A DNA stretch of 64,000 nucleotides from Zygnema circumcarinatum SAG 698-1b. Taxonomy: Eukaryota; Plantae; Zygnematophyceae. Both the position numbers and the translations under genes were made by a program. The stretch lies in contig CM074812.1 in the NCBI GenBank assembly GCA_037447605.1, forward strand, positions 1,798,001-1,862,000, in the 5' to 3' direction. Shown piece after piece: positions 49,208-61,078 of the stretch (position 1 is the stretch's first letter; every line of letters begins with the position of its first letter). The notes under the pieces were generated by a model, which searched no databases, had not been told where the DNA came from, and saw only the letters and a list, made by a program, of their open reading frames with translations.

Positions 49208-50490
49208 CACAGTTCGGACCAGTGGATCGGCAACCATTGGTCAACCATTGGATGGCAATGGTTGGACGTCTACTGGTTGGCAACCAGTCGAATGGTTGTT
49301 TCGGTCCGCAACCACTGGTTGGCAACCAGTCGAATGGTTGCCTACCAGTGGATCCACTGGTTGGCAACCAGTCGACTGGTTTGGAACCAGTGGATGCCAC
49401 TGGTTGGCAACCAGTCGAATGGTTGTTTCGATCCGGCGGCACTGGTTGGCAACCAGTCGAATGGTTATATCCATTAAATCAAATGGTTGGCAACCATTAA
49501 ATCACTAGTTGTCAACGGTTGGCAACCCACCAAAAAACACATACGACCCACTTTTGAGCCCCTACATCTCCCTACACGTTGGACTTACAGTAAACTATTA
49601 GTTTCCTCTTTTTGAAGTACTCACGGAACCCTAAGCCTAGCTTGAACCCTAAGCCTAGCCTGAACCCTAAATCTGGACTCCTACTCCTCCTCGCAATTCT
49701 GACTGCTCTCACAAAGCGCGCACTCATGCGCTCTACGGCGACAGAACAAAACAAAACAAAATAAATTCAGCAGAGCATGTCCATCCACCCAAGAGACGAA
49801 AATGAGCACAAAAAACACACACATCGCAGTATTCGCATTTTCAGATGATCACATACAGTTGAAAAAAATTCATATCAGAAATTTCAGAGCGTGCAGTTTT
49901 GCTGAAAATAAAAGACTGCCAAAAGCAATGGAAGTTTCAAAAAGAAAATAACGAAGCACTTCAAAATTACGAAGGAACGAATTTACGAATTACATATGAA
50001 ATGAAGTTACAGCTTCAAGACTGGGCCTTCAACTCTAGCCCTTAAAATCTACCACACTATTAAACTCCTAAATGAATACCCCCAACCTTCCTTACCCACC
50101 CTCCCTCTCTCTCTCTCTATCCTCTTTTTCTAAATTTCAGAAATTCAATGGTTGCCAACCATTGGATCACTGGTTCTGAACCAGTCGAATGGTTGTTTCA
50201 GTCCTGCTCCACTGGTTCGCAACCAGTCGAATGGTTGTTTCGATCCGGCGGCACTGGTTGCCAACCAGTGGATCCACTGGTTCCAAACCAGTCGAGTGGT
50301 TGTTTCCGTCCGGATCCACTGGTTGGCAACCAGTCGAATGGTTGCCAACAAGTGGCAAACACTGGTTCCAAAACAGTCGAATGGTTGTTTTGGTCCTGAG
50401 CAGTGGTTGGCAACCAGTCGAATGGTTGTTTCGGTCCGCAACCACTGGTTGCCAACCAGTCGACTGGTTTGTCTAATGGTCCGATCTGTG
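49208..50490. mobile_element. 1283-bp non-autonomous TIR element (hAT-like by its 8-bp TSD) with subterminal palindrome arrays
   Basis: Termini CACAGTTCGGACCA / TGGTCCGATCTGTG, with CAACCATT directly before (49200-49207) and after (50491-50498). ACTGGTT-N3-AACCAGT units recur at 42-bp spacing around a ~630-bp AT-rich core. Confidence 0.75.
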
Positions 50491-50956
50491 CAACCATTGG
50501 CATGGATGCCAACCATTGATTCGTGAGCTAGCCAACCATTGGAATGGTTGCAACCGCTAAATGCCAATGATTGGCTGGCCAACCATTCCATGGTTGGCTA
50601 CCAGGACGGCAAACTTCCGGTTTCTGGTTTGCAAACTTTTGCCTTTCGTACAAACTGCCCACGCCAGCCTGCAAGAGTCCCTGCCTGCCTCCCTGCCTGC
50701 CTACCTGCCTTCCTGCTTGCCTGCCTGGGGGGGGGGGGTGGGAGAGGGAGAGGGAGAGGGAGAGGCACTGGGAGAGGGACAGGCACAGGGAGAGGGAGGA
50801 GGAGGGAGTGGGAGGAGGGAGAGTAAGAAGAGGAAGAGGGAGAGGGAGAGGGGAGGGGAGGGAGAGGGGGGAAGGAGGGGGAGAGGAAGGAGAGGGGTAG
50901 GAGGAGGGAGAGGGAGAGGGGGAGGGGGAGTGAGAGGGGAAGGGCGAGGGGCGGCC

Positions 50957-52825
50957 ATGTCGTTCCTGCGCGGCGACTTGCTGGCGCAGATGCGGCTGCT
51001 GGTGAAGGGCGGCGTGCGCCAGCCGCCCAAGTGGTTCGACGCGCTCCGCCTGTCCGTGCTCCCGCCCCTCTCGCGCTTGCCGCTTCCTTTTCTTTAAGCA
51101 GGCATGGCAAGGCTCAGGAGAGGAACTTCTTCTGCGAGTTCATGCTTGAGTTTTAACAAGCTTGTCATGATCTTCTCAAATTTTAACAACAGAGAAAAGT
51201 GTGGTGTAAGCTTTTTTTTTTCTTGCCACGAAGGAGAAATGAACAGCAGTACAGTCTCCTTAGGTATCTTGAGGATCTCAATTTCTGAAAACTAAATAAT
51301 TAACATTGATGTACTCCTTTTTAAACACCCGGAATTGCGGCTCTGACGGCAGGAGGTTGACCTTTTGCTTTTGGTTCGGCCGTATGCAGAGTGCCAATAA
51401 AGCCGAAACCACAACGTTGCAAAAGGGCTCCGAAGATCGTGTTTCCAGAAGATCCCTTTGTAGAATCATACTACGCACGCCACCCTGAGGCCAAACTTGA
51501 GCCTTTTGCGTAAGCCTCATTCGCCGCAAGCAATTCATGACATTTTCTGACTGCATTCAGTCACTTGATGTTGTCATGAGCATGCACGGAACCGTAATTT
51601 AAGTGGCAAAGGTCTGAACATGCATCATACTCGGCGTCATTTCCACTATGGATTTCGCAATTGAAGTTAACTAGGCAATGCCTATTTTTACACAATGCCC
51701 AAGAAGGAGGGGTCAATAATATCCCATGTTTAAAACAATCCTTTTATTTAAGGGACATATGGCAAACATGATCGAAGTCCAAGTCTCAAACCCTCGCTGT
51801 TTTGCAGTTTCTTCGTTGTGGATTGGAAAGCACTTTTCCGCCAATTTCGTCTTGTCATAATTTTCATCCCTCCGACCCCACCTTTGCTGTTATTGCGAGA
51901 GCGTGGGATACATTATCACGTGCTACTGTGTGCAGGCTGCAGAGCTTCGACCCGCCTCCTGCGAGAAGGTTCGCATGGAGACAGATGGAGGTCCTTCCGG
52001 AAGCGCGAGAACAGGTGCGTGAGGAGATACGGAACTCGCATAAGGAGGCGACTGGCGAAGAATTAGCAAAAGAAAGCATTGTGTGGAGCAAGGTTGAGGA
52101 GAAATGGGCGCGAAATGTGGCACGACTCAAAGTGGAGGTAACTTCGCTTACGATTCTTAACTACTGCAGCTTCTTAGTTTAGAAAATCAGTTTTGAGAAG
52201 CGTTCAGGTTTCGAACAATGGCATTGTACTATTGATTGGGAAGCAAGCTGGCCACTGGTCTGCAACCATGGCCTCGTGAAGCTCTTGCATCGCAAATGCA
52301 CCCCTGCAGAAGATCACTTGTTTTTGGCTTTGCTGTGCTCATCACCTTTCCCTAACTTCTCACCACTTTCCCACTTTACTCCCTTCTCTATCTCACTTTC
52401 ACTCTTTCACTCGTGTTTTCTCTGACTCCTGTGCACTTCCCTTCCTCTCTTCTCATTTCCAATGCATCCTCAACTCCGCGTCTCCCCTCCCTCCCTTTCT
52501 CCACCCATCGTCCCTGCTCCGCTTCCTTTCTGCCCCCCGTCCCTATTCCCGCTGTGCTAACTCTCACCGTTTGATTTCAATGGCGCTGACGACGAAACAT
52601 GGTGTGAAACCAATGCAGGCAGAATGGGAGGCACAGAGGGTGGAGGCAGAGGAGCGATACTTTGCAGAGAGAAGAAAGGCAATCAGGGAAGGCAGACAAC
52701 CGCCGCCAATGCCAAATAGAAGCATTTTGCAGGAAGTGCAGGAGGAGGAGGCGGAGGTGATTAAGCGAGGCCTGGAGGCCATAGGGGCGAAAAAACTAAA
52801 GGAGAAGGGGCGGTTTGGACTCTGA
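50957..52825 (+). CDS. mS23: Mitochondrial small-subunit ribosomal protein mS23 (plant type), 4 exons
   Basis: MSFLRGDLLAQMRLLVKGGVRQPPKWFDAL, KIVFPEDPFVESYYARHPE, SFDPPPARRFAWRQME and SILQEVQEEE. These match the plant mS23 pattern (MSFMRGDLL...PEDxY...FDPPPAR). Confidence 0.8.
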
Positions 52826-53831
52826 CTTTGATGTAAGAAACTCTTTCGAGCAACTGTTGCCGCTTGTCCAAAAGCCGGAAAGACGGCCACTCTGAGGGGC
52901 ATTGCTGCTGACTGCGACTGCCTGCTTTGGGTTCTTCCGTGACCACCTTTCACTTTTCGCCTTTCTCCTTTCACACGATGCGGAACCATTGTCACAAGTG
53001 GAGAGACCGCAGACCGAGGCCACATCAGTGCAGTGCAAAAGCACCACAACCTCCGTTGGTTGGCATCAAAAGCAATGTGTCGACGACTTGTGATCAGATA
53101 AGAATGCTCTGTCAACGTGTACTGACAACATTGTATGAAAAGGTCCCATCCAAGCAGAACAACATCGACCATTGATTATCCCCCACCGTGTTGTACTTGC
53201 GATGGTTAAACCTGCATTCTTAACAAAACGAACTTACAAAGGGGAATCGACATTCATACTATATGGAGGTCAGAGTTACGAATAATGAATAATTCCATTA
53301 AGAAATCCGTATAGCGAAAGTTAACAGTGGTTCCCCCTAATGTATGAATTCAGCTTAATTCCAACTCCTTATGTTGACAGGGTCAGACAGTCTGGCTCTG
53401 AGTGTTGCTGAAAAAAGAAAAGGTGGTGAACAGGAACATGAGGTATATCCTCGTGGGAAGGCAGCCGCTAAATGCAGCGGTCAAATGTGTGAGGAAAGAA
53501 GCAGCACTCGTTGCATAGGTCCTGGGAGGTACTGAGCTAGAAGTTGAAAAAAGTGACAACCAGAATGGTAACCTAATGGACCCTTCCTGAACATGTGTGA
53601 AAACTGCTCCTGAAAACAACACCACCCGCAGCCTGGACCCAATACAAGAGAGAACTCTTGACCTAATGAATGGCGTAAAGTGATATCCTTTGACTGCGTG
53701 TGAGTCGCTCCAACAAAAGGCCCTCGGTGGCACATTGCAGTCCTATAAAGCAACCCTTCGTGCCATACAAGTCGACGCCACAAGATTAAATCAATAAAAG
53801 GGCCCCTAAATTGCCCTCTCCTTCAGTGTTC

Positions 53832-55116
53832 CTACAAATGAAAAGGGGATGCCAGGGCTTGCAATATTTTCTTTTCAATATCCGCCTCTTCAATCCAGTC
53901 AGCACTCATTGCTCTCAGCTTCTCCTGCTGCACACCGCGGCGTCCCTGCAATGCGGTTTCACGTGCCTTTCTCCTCACGGCTTTAGCATGTCTCTCCTCT
54001 GCCTGCGGAATTACACAAAAATAAAGTCAACTCCAATAGAGGTAAGCCTACCATAATCATATTTCAGGAGAACTGATTCAGCCTTCCTGCTAATGAGATG
54101 TTGAGACACTCTTATATCGACGGTCTCTAATTCCAATCGTGCCATAGAGCAATGTGCGTAAGCTGGCTCAGCTTCCAAAACAAATTTGATTCACTGCAAC
54201 ATAAACAAACTTGGAATAACGCTAACAATCATGCCTCATAAACTATTGCTCCAACTCGATCAAGTCCCACCTACGGGCATGCCGATTATACTCTTCATCA
54301 CGAGGCAAGGGACGATTAAGGTTTTCATAACAAGATGGCATGAGTTAACCTCGGCTTTAGCATGCAAGTATGGTGGCAGGTATTGTCGCTCCCAATATTG
54401 AGCAAAACAATTCAAACGAACTGGAAAAGTGTTTACAATCAGTTGAAGAGTAAGTATGCCCTGCATTAACGATGTGTCCTATCTGTATTCTCATGAAATC
54501 AGAGTGTGTTTACCACCTGGAATGGATGATGCAAGAAATCAAATTCAGTGGCTGGTACAAACGGCTTGAAATTGTTTTCAAATGTTACCATACCGAACAC
54601 TACCGACTCAATTCTCTCAGGCGCTTGCTCGCCTGTTCTCGACGTCTCCGAAATTGAATCAGTTTGCATTCTCACCTTCAGCGCCATCAGCTGCGCTTGT
54701 GCGATTTCTGCCTGCTGCCGCCTTACAGTCGATTCCTCCTTCCTCTCCTCCGACCGCGAGGCTGTCATCATTCTCTGTCGCTCGCGTGCCTCCCGCGCAG
54801 TTCGGGCCTGAAACTCTGCCTTGCCTGCCATTTCTTCAGCAAACTTTTTCCTAAGCTTAGAGACCTCCTCGGCATACCATTTCTTGTATTTCTTCGAGCC
54901 ATCAACAGCTCCTTGCGGATATTTTATTTCGTTGCCTCCCGCCTCGTCTGATGCAGCTCTGGGAGGTATGTGAGATACCGATTCCTCCAACCTAATTCCG
55001 CTGCTGCTAAAGCGAGCAGCATGACTGCTACTAAGAATGGCCCTCAGCGGTCCCTTGCTGCAGCGCTGCGCAAGCTCTACTGCCGCTGCCAACGCGCACC
55101 TCCTCACGGCGCGCAT
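53832..55116 (-). CDS. mS26: Mitochondrial ribosomal protein mS26-like coiled-coil protein, 2 exons
   Basis: Arg-rich presequence MRAVRRCALAAA, then YAEEVSKLRKKFAEE, a long E/R/K coiled coil, and C-terminal SADWIEEADIEKKILQALASPFHL*. Confidence 0.7.
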
Positions 55117-55923
55117 GGCCCTCCCTGGTGCTGCAGCAGAAGCCCTCCTCCCTCCTCCCCTCTCCCTCTCCCTCTCCTTCTCCTTCTCCCTCTCCTTCTC
55201 CCTCTCCTCCGTCTCCTCCCTCTCCTCCCTCTTTTCTCCTGCCTCCCCTCTCCTCCTGCCCCCCCCCCTCAGCCGCAGCCGCAAGAAGCTCCTCCTTACC
55301 GTATCGGAAGTATTGTGGAATTGCCGATATCTACACAGCCGATATGAATACGATATTATGATGTAGTCAATACGACGTATGTTATTGTGTAATACCATAT
55401 CGTAGCGTATCGGGAAAGACCTGCTGGGCCTGCAGAGGGACGAGGGAGGAAAGGAGAGTGCGGAGGAGAGAAAGCCTGCTCGGCTTCGCATCTTGGAGAG
55501 GAGAGGAGAGGGAGGAGCAGAGGTGAGGAGGCTGTTGGAAGTTGATGAGGGGCAGGTCTGTGAGGAGGTGACATCTGTAAGGGCAAGCGTCTGCATCTTG
55601 TATGAATGTGAAGGATACCTCAGGCCAGAACTTGCTCTACTGAAGGAAATTCACATCTTTTCTTTATCTTTTTGTCTTTCGTATGCAATATCGCACCAAA
55701 ATGGCAGCAAAATGTCAGAAGACACAAAGAGGGTGGGGGCGGGAAGGAGGTTGGGTATGTGGAAATTTGCTGCAAACTGGAAAAATGCAGCCTAACATTT
55801 TGGTACCTTGCGTATGGCAGGTCAGTGAGAAGTGTTTGACTTTCGAGAATGCAGTGAATTCTCTGCAGTAAGTTGCAGTGGACAGGGGGGGGCACTCTTG
55901 TTTTCAACGGTTGTTGAACAATA

Positions 55924-56103
55924 ATGGCCAGAGATCTGGGCATAATATTGAGGGCTATTGGAGCTGGTTCCATAGCATTCGCTGCAAAGGCAGGAGCAAT
56001 GATCAAGGCCGCTGGAGGCGTTAAGGTGGCATCAGCAGCTGCTGCGGCAGCTGTGGTGACCACTTCTGTCGCCGGAAAAAAGCAGGAAGGTCCTCCGAAA
56101 TGA
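55924..56103 (+). CDS. 59-aa Ala/Gly-rich small protein of unknown function (below the ORF-track cutoff)
   Basis: ATAATGGCC context. Translation: MARDLGIILRAIGAGSIAFAAKAGAMIKAAGGVKVASAAAAAAVVTTSVAGKKQEGPPK*. It lies downstream of a promoter-type TATCG island and GA-rich tract, divergent from mS26. Confidence 0.6.
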   Translation: MARDLGIILRAIGAGSIAFAAKAGAMIKAAGGVKVASAAAAAAVVTTSVAGKKQEGPPK

Positions 56104-56666
56104 GTGTTGAGTTGAAGAGGACGAGTGAAAGATTCCATCAATATATCAGAATGACGATCTGAAATTTCACGATTATTTCAAATGTTTGTAGAATTTTTGT
56201 GCAGCTACTGGCGAACATATTGTGTTAGGATGTTGTAGTTTTTTTTATCTGATTGAAGTTTGAAACCTAGCGAGCGGACGCCGAGCATGCCCTTTGAACA
56301 TTGTAGGTTAGTTAGTTCCATTCTGTGAAGTTGAAAAACTTCCTCACATGGGAGGAAGCAGAAGGCTCCTTCCTGACCATCTTGGTTCGAAAAAAAAATC
56401 TCATTAAGAAACTGCAAACAGTGTACTTTACAAAGATTGTTTGGCCTGTCATGTTAGTCTCTGCTCACTATGGTCTCGTTCGATCCATCAGTGACGTTTC
56501 GCTATTTATTAGACTGGCCATTGAGGCTAACAATAAGAAAAAGGGTTAAACTTGTTCGAAAAGTCAAAAGTCGAAAAGTCTGCTGTACTACATCCTACTC
56601 AATGCTTCTGTTTTGGCTGCAATGGGCCAATTTTCTCTAAGTCCAAATGTTTCATCGCCATCTCAA

Positions 56667-59487
56667 TTACAGTTGAGGCGAAGCGGCGGACAGGAGGGGG
56701 ATGTGCAGGTCCTCTGAGGTGCTGTGCACGACCAAACGGCCGCCGAGTGCTGCGAGTTCACTGCCCCCTCGCCCACTCTTACATTCCACAGTCTGCGAAC
56801 TTTCAAAGCTTCTGTGACTCAAAGCAGAGTGCCACACTCCTCCAAAAAACGCAACGAGCAGTCCGAACATCACGACTTGTGAAGCGCTCTGCAGCTCCTC
56901 GGGCACTAACAGGGCATTTGGAATCACAGTCGGCGGCAAGAAAATCATGAACCTGGCCAACAAGATGGCTCGGAATCTGGGAGGATGGTCAAGGTCTGTC
57001 ATACAGTCTGTTAATCGCAGAACATGATGCTCACCATAGCAATTGTGGGTCAGTTTGCACGAAAAGCGATGCGTTTTTGGTGGCATACAGAGGCATGCAA
57101 AGGGTACAAAAAGCCATGCAATTGCGGAGCTGCAGTAGTCGATCCTTGGGCGACGTGAAGGATACAATAATGTGATGTTGCAAACCCTCTTCGTTGGCTG
57201 TGCTCCATCGCCGCCCGTAGTGGCTAACTCGGGCAGGGGCGAGCTCTGAGTGCTGAAGTAGAGCACCGCCGCAATGAGAATGGACGACGGCAACAGGATG
57301 AGGACTGCCCACTGCAGCATCCCAACCACCGAATAAGCGTTCATTTTAAAAATCTTAGTTTTGACAATTCAAGCCGGGGGGGGGTTGCTCCAATTACGGT
57401 CCTTTCTAGCAGTGGCCGGCAGAGTCTTGTGGTCTATTTTTAAAGCACACGAAACATGCAGTGCTTTAAGCTGACAAGAGGGATTTCAGCGACACAGCGA
57501 TTTCAAAAAAAAAGAAAAACAGACAAAGAATGCAGAGAAATGGCTTCAGTGGAATAAGATGAATGCGACATGCATTGAAAGAATTATAGGTCGTTACTTT
57601 CAAGCTAACCGCAAACAAAAAGTTGAAAGAGGATTCAATTTGATGAGAAGTTAGCTGCACCCAAAACACCGAGAACATTAGCTTTCTTCCAAACAGAGAG
57701 TAGCCCACCGTAAATACAAAACTAAGCTACAGCCGCAATGAGACCCCCCCTACTCTCCTTGCCCACTCTTCATCAGAATTTGTTCCTGCCAGAGAATGAA
57801 AGGCGGTGTCCAGTAGAGAACCCTTTTTTCTTATTGATTGAATAGACCCATTGGCTGTTTGTTGGTTTACTAAGACCGAGAAGCTCACCTCTAGCCTCGT
57901 GTGATCGCCTGCGAGCCACGCACTGCCCTCCAGCACTGCGGCATAGCCCCCAGACAGAACCACGAGGAAAGCTGCTTGCAGGGGGGCGGTGGATGCATGG
58001 AACGAAATTGGGTCAAACTTTTCGCCCTCCTCTTCTGCTCGCATTCGCAGCTCCATAAGAACCTGCAGCGTGTCCAGGCCGCTTGCATACCAAATCAGCT
58101 CCAAATTGAAGAGAGTGTTCAAAAGTGCAGGTATTCAGAGAAGGCAAGTTACATTTCGCCTTGAAAATTCATTGAATTTTGTAAGGTTTGTTGGGAAAAA
58201 CCAGGGGTCCCACCAGCTGCTGTGCCGCCAAAAAGCAGAGCTCGGCTGCCGCCGCCATGAGCCCTGCTCGCGAGGGGGAGGAGTGTTCAAAGACGACGAA
58301 CTCCCCCGCCACTATGAGGGCGCACGGCAGCAACTCCGAAAGGCCCGGACGGTGCCACACGGAGGTCGCAAGGAGCACCACGGGAACCACGAGTAGCTCT
58401 AACACCTGCGACCAGGAGGCTGCCTACCTTGAGGGTGACAAGAAACAGGACATTTTGGTGCATGCAACCCTAAAAACCTTCTTTTTAAGTTTAAGAGAGC
58501 TGTCAAGAGTCCGACAGGATCCATTAAGCGCGAACTTCACTGACTTTGGCCAGTCTTTCCCATGTTGGCTACTTGTCATTGCCTTGCCTTCCCTTGCCAG
58601 ATGTCCAACTACGTAAGCAAAGCCTGCTATTGAGTAAGGAATACAGAGTCCTTCCAGTTGCCAAATAGAAGAAGAAGATCTCTATAAGCTCGAAGAAAAG
58701 GGAGGAAACAATCTTAGGAATTCCCGGTTTTCAAATACAAAGTTTTAGGGTTGGAGCTGCTCACCATGTAGTGCGGGGCGGCGTTGGCGAGCACGCTCTG
58801 CCGCATGCTGACGGCGCCCAGCGCCGCGCTGAGGCCGTACAGCGCACGCACAGAGAGCGCCGCGGAGCTCCGCCCCTTCTCGCCGCTCGTTTGGCGCCAA
58901 AGGAAGGCCACAAGCAGCAGCTGCAGAGCGTACAGGGCAGCCTCTGGACTCGCGGAAACAGCCCTCCCGAACAATAACAGCAACAAGAAGTTCATTAGTA
59001 GCAGAGTATAACAGTTGACTATAATGTAAAGTGATGTCCTGAAAACCCTAAAAAAAAATATGAATATATCAGTTATTAATCGATGCTAAAAACGAAAGAG
59101 AAGTTGGCATTGGATTGAACTCCAATGGCGATGTCATTGATTTACATGAACAAAAGCCAATGTGGAGAACGAGGAGGGACCGGTCACATAGGACCTAAGG
59201 ATGAAAGAAACTAACAATCATACTAACAAGTGTTCGGCTCTTATTTCAACTTCGCTCTATGAGCCTAACGTTGTTATGGCAACTCGTCCATTAGTTTCAT
59301 GACCAGCAGTGGTTGGAGGGCACATGCAGCGGTGCTCACCAGCGAGATAACCGCTGAAATAGGTGAATCTGCGGGCCACTGCGAGCACTGAAAGGCCACC
59401 AAATAGGAGGTTGCACGTCAGCGACTCCGCATAGAACCACATCCTATCGGCCGAGGCCTCCGCCTTGCCTTCTCTCACAGCACCCAT
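56667..59487 (-). CDS. Divergent nucleotide-sugar/triose-phosphate transporter family (DMT) membrane protein, multi-exon
   Basis: About 9-10 hydrophobic helices across GT-AG exons. ALYALQLLLVAFLW, LYGLSAALGAVSMRQSVLANAAPHYMVLELLVVPVVLL and FHASTAPLQAAFL resemble UXT/URGT motifs (NSVGFYQxxKLxxIP; TAPxQA). Confidence 0.55.
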
Positions 59488-60814
59488 CTTCCCTGCTTAA
59501 GATAGCACAGAAATTTCCAATATATAGCTGAAAACCCCTCCAATCTCCAAGATGCTCCCTCTCCCTCCTGTTATCCCCACCTCCTCCCCGTCCGACTCCC
59601 CTCCCCTATTCCACCTCCGCTCCTCCTACTTCTCCCGCTTCCTCTCCTTCTCCTCCTCCTCCTTGTTCTAATGTGTCCTTTCTTTCCGTCCTCTGCCCTT
59701 GTGAGCCCCTTCCTTCTCCCCCCCCCTTTCTGGCGCCGTTGCGCGGCCCCGCCATGGCCGGGCCTTCAACCGGCGGCGGAGGACACGAGTTTGCCGCAGC
59801 GCCGGCGGTCGAGACGGGAAGTGACACCCATCACGCAGCACGCAGTAGCAACTCGGCGCTGACAGCGAGGGGCGTGTCCGCCGTCGGATGCGTAAACGAA
59901 CGATTTCGATTTCGCCACGTGGCAACCGACGTTGAAGCGCACGCAGAGAGGACGGCGACGCGTGACGTGACGCGGAATGTACGGTCGTTCACGTTTGGAT
60001 TTTTATGCCGTACATATTTGTCGTGTAGTGAGTGCGGACTCCGCTGGGGGCCGATCTGGCGATCTCCGCCAAAGCCGCTTCGTGTGTGCGCGTACCGGAG
60101 ACCCACGCTACAGGCACTCCCTCCCCCTCTCTTCCCTCCTCCCTCTCTCCCTCTCCCTCTCTCCCCTTCTCCCTCTCCCTCTCTCTTTCCTTAACCCTCT
60201 CCCTCTCTCGCATTCTCCCCCTCTCCCTCCCCCCCCTCTCCCACCGCTTAATATCTATAGATTCTCCGCAGGCCCCTCATGCAACTCTCTCTCATGTTCC
60301 TCTCTCTCACCAGAGGGAGGGAGGGAGCCCTCTCTGTTCCTCCCTCTCGCCCCTTGTCTCTCTCTCGTCTCTCTTTTTCCACCTCTCGCTCCCCTTTCCT
60401 CTTTTTTCACCCTCCCTCTGTCTCTCGCCCTCCATCCCTCTGTGCGGGCGGGCGAGTTTGGCGCGTAGCGCGGGCGCCGTGACAGATAGTGGCCGTTCCC
60501 CAGACCGCGCTTGACCGCGACGCGCGTCACGACAAAACCATCGTGAGATTCCCTAAAGATTTTGAAATCCGAATTTTGAAGGGCTCCGGATCTCGTCGGG
60601 CCGAGTTTGCGGAATTTGGGCTCATTTCCGCAAAAAGATCCTCAGCTTGACAGGCAATGAATATTCCACCATATCCGGTCCAGATCCAGTGGATTTTGCC
60701 AGCCGATTCAGAGTCAAAACGGCCATTTTCAGCGCCCTTTGTAAGAGATTGAAACCCCCTTACCTTAATTTGGAGCTCAAGTGGAAGCCTGCCCAGGGAG
60801 GGGAGGAGGAGGGG

Positions 60815-60824
60815 NNNNNNNNNN
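60815..60824. other. Assembly gap (10 N)
   Basis: Run of n within a GA-rich tract. Confidence 1.
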
Positions 60825-61078
60825 GGAGAGGGGGAGGGGGAGGGAGAGGGCGGGTGAGAGGGCGGGTGAGAGGGCGGGGGAGAGCGAGGGGGAGAGCGAC
60901 AGGGAGAGGGCGAGCAAAAGGTAGAAAGAGGGAGAGGGAGTTGGGAGCACCCCAACAACTTCCCGTAAACACTTCCAGTACCCAAGCCACGACCCATTAC
61001 TCAACCCGACCCTTCTCTAAGATGATCAAATTACAGTCACTAATTGGTACACGCCCACATTCTCCGCTACAACCCCAC

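Noticed and set aside
49262-50465. CRISPR-like array (palindromic repeat with variable intervening sequence)
   Set aside because: The intervening segments are only ~15 bp and are related to each other and to the repeat. There are no cas genes and the context is eukaryotic, so TE subterminal repeats explain it better.
54499-55596. 365-aa ORF taken as a single protein
   Set aside because: Only ~54676-55116 is a coding exon. The N-terminal extension crosses the promoter island and GA repeat, and the tail reads into an intron.
55620-56141. 173-aa minus-strand ORF
   Set aside because: Most likely the antisense shadow of the plus-strand 59-aa ORF, with no recognisable domain.
60060-60945. Second foldback element (CT tract, unique core, GA tract)
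   Set aside because: No matching terminal inverted repeats or TSD were found, and an assembly gap lies inside.
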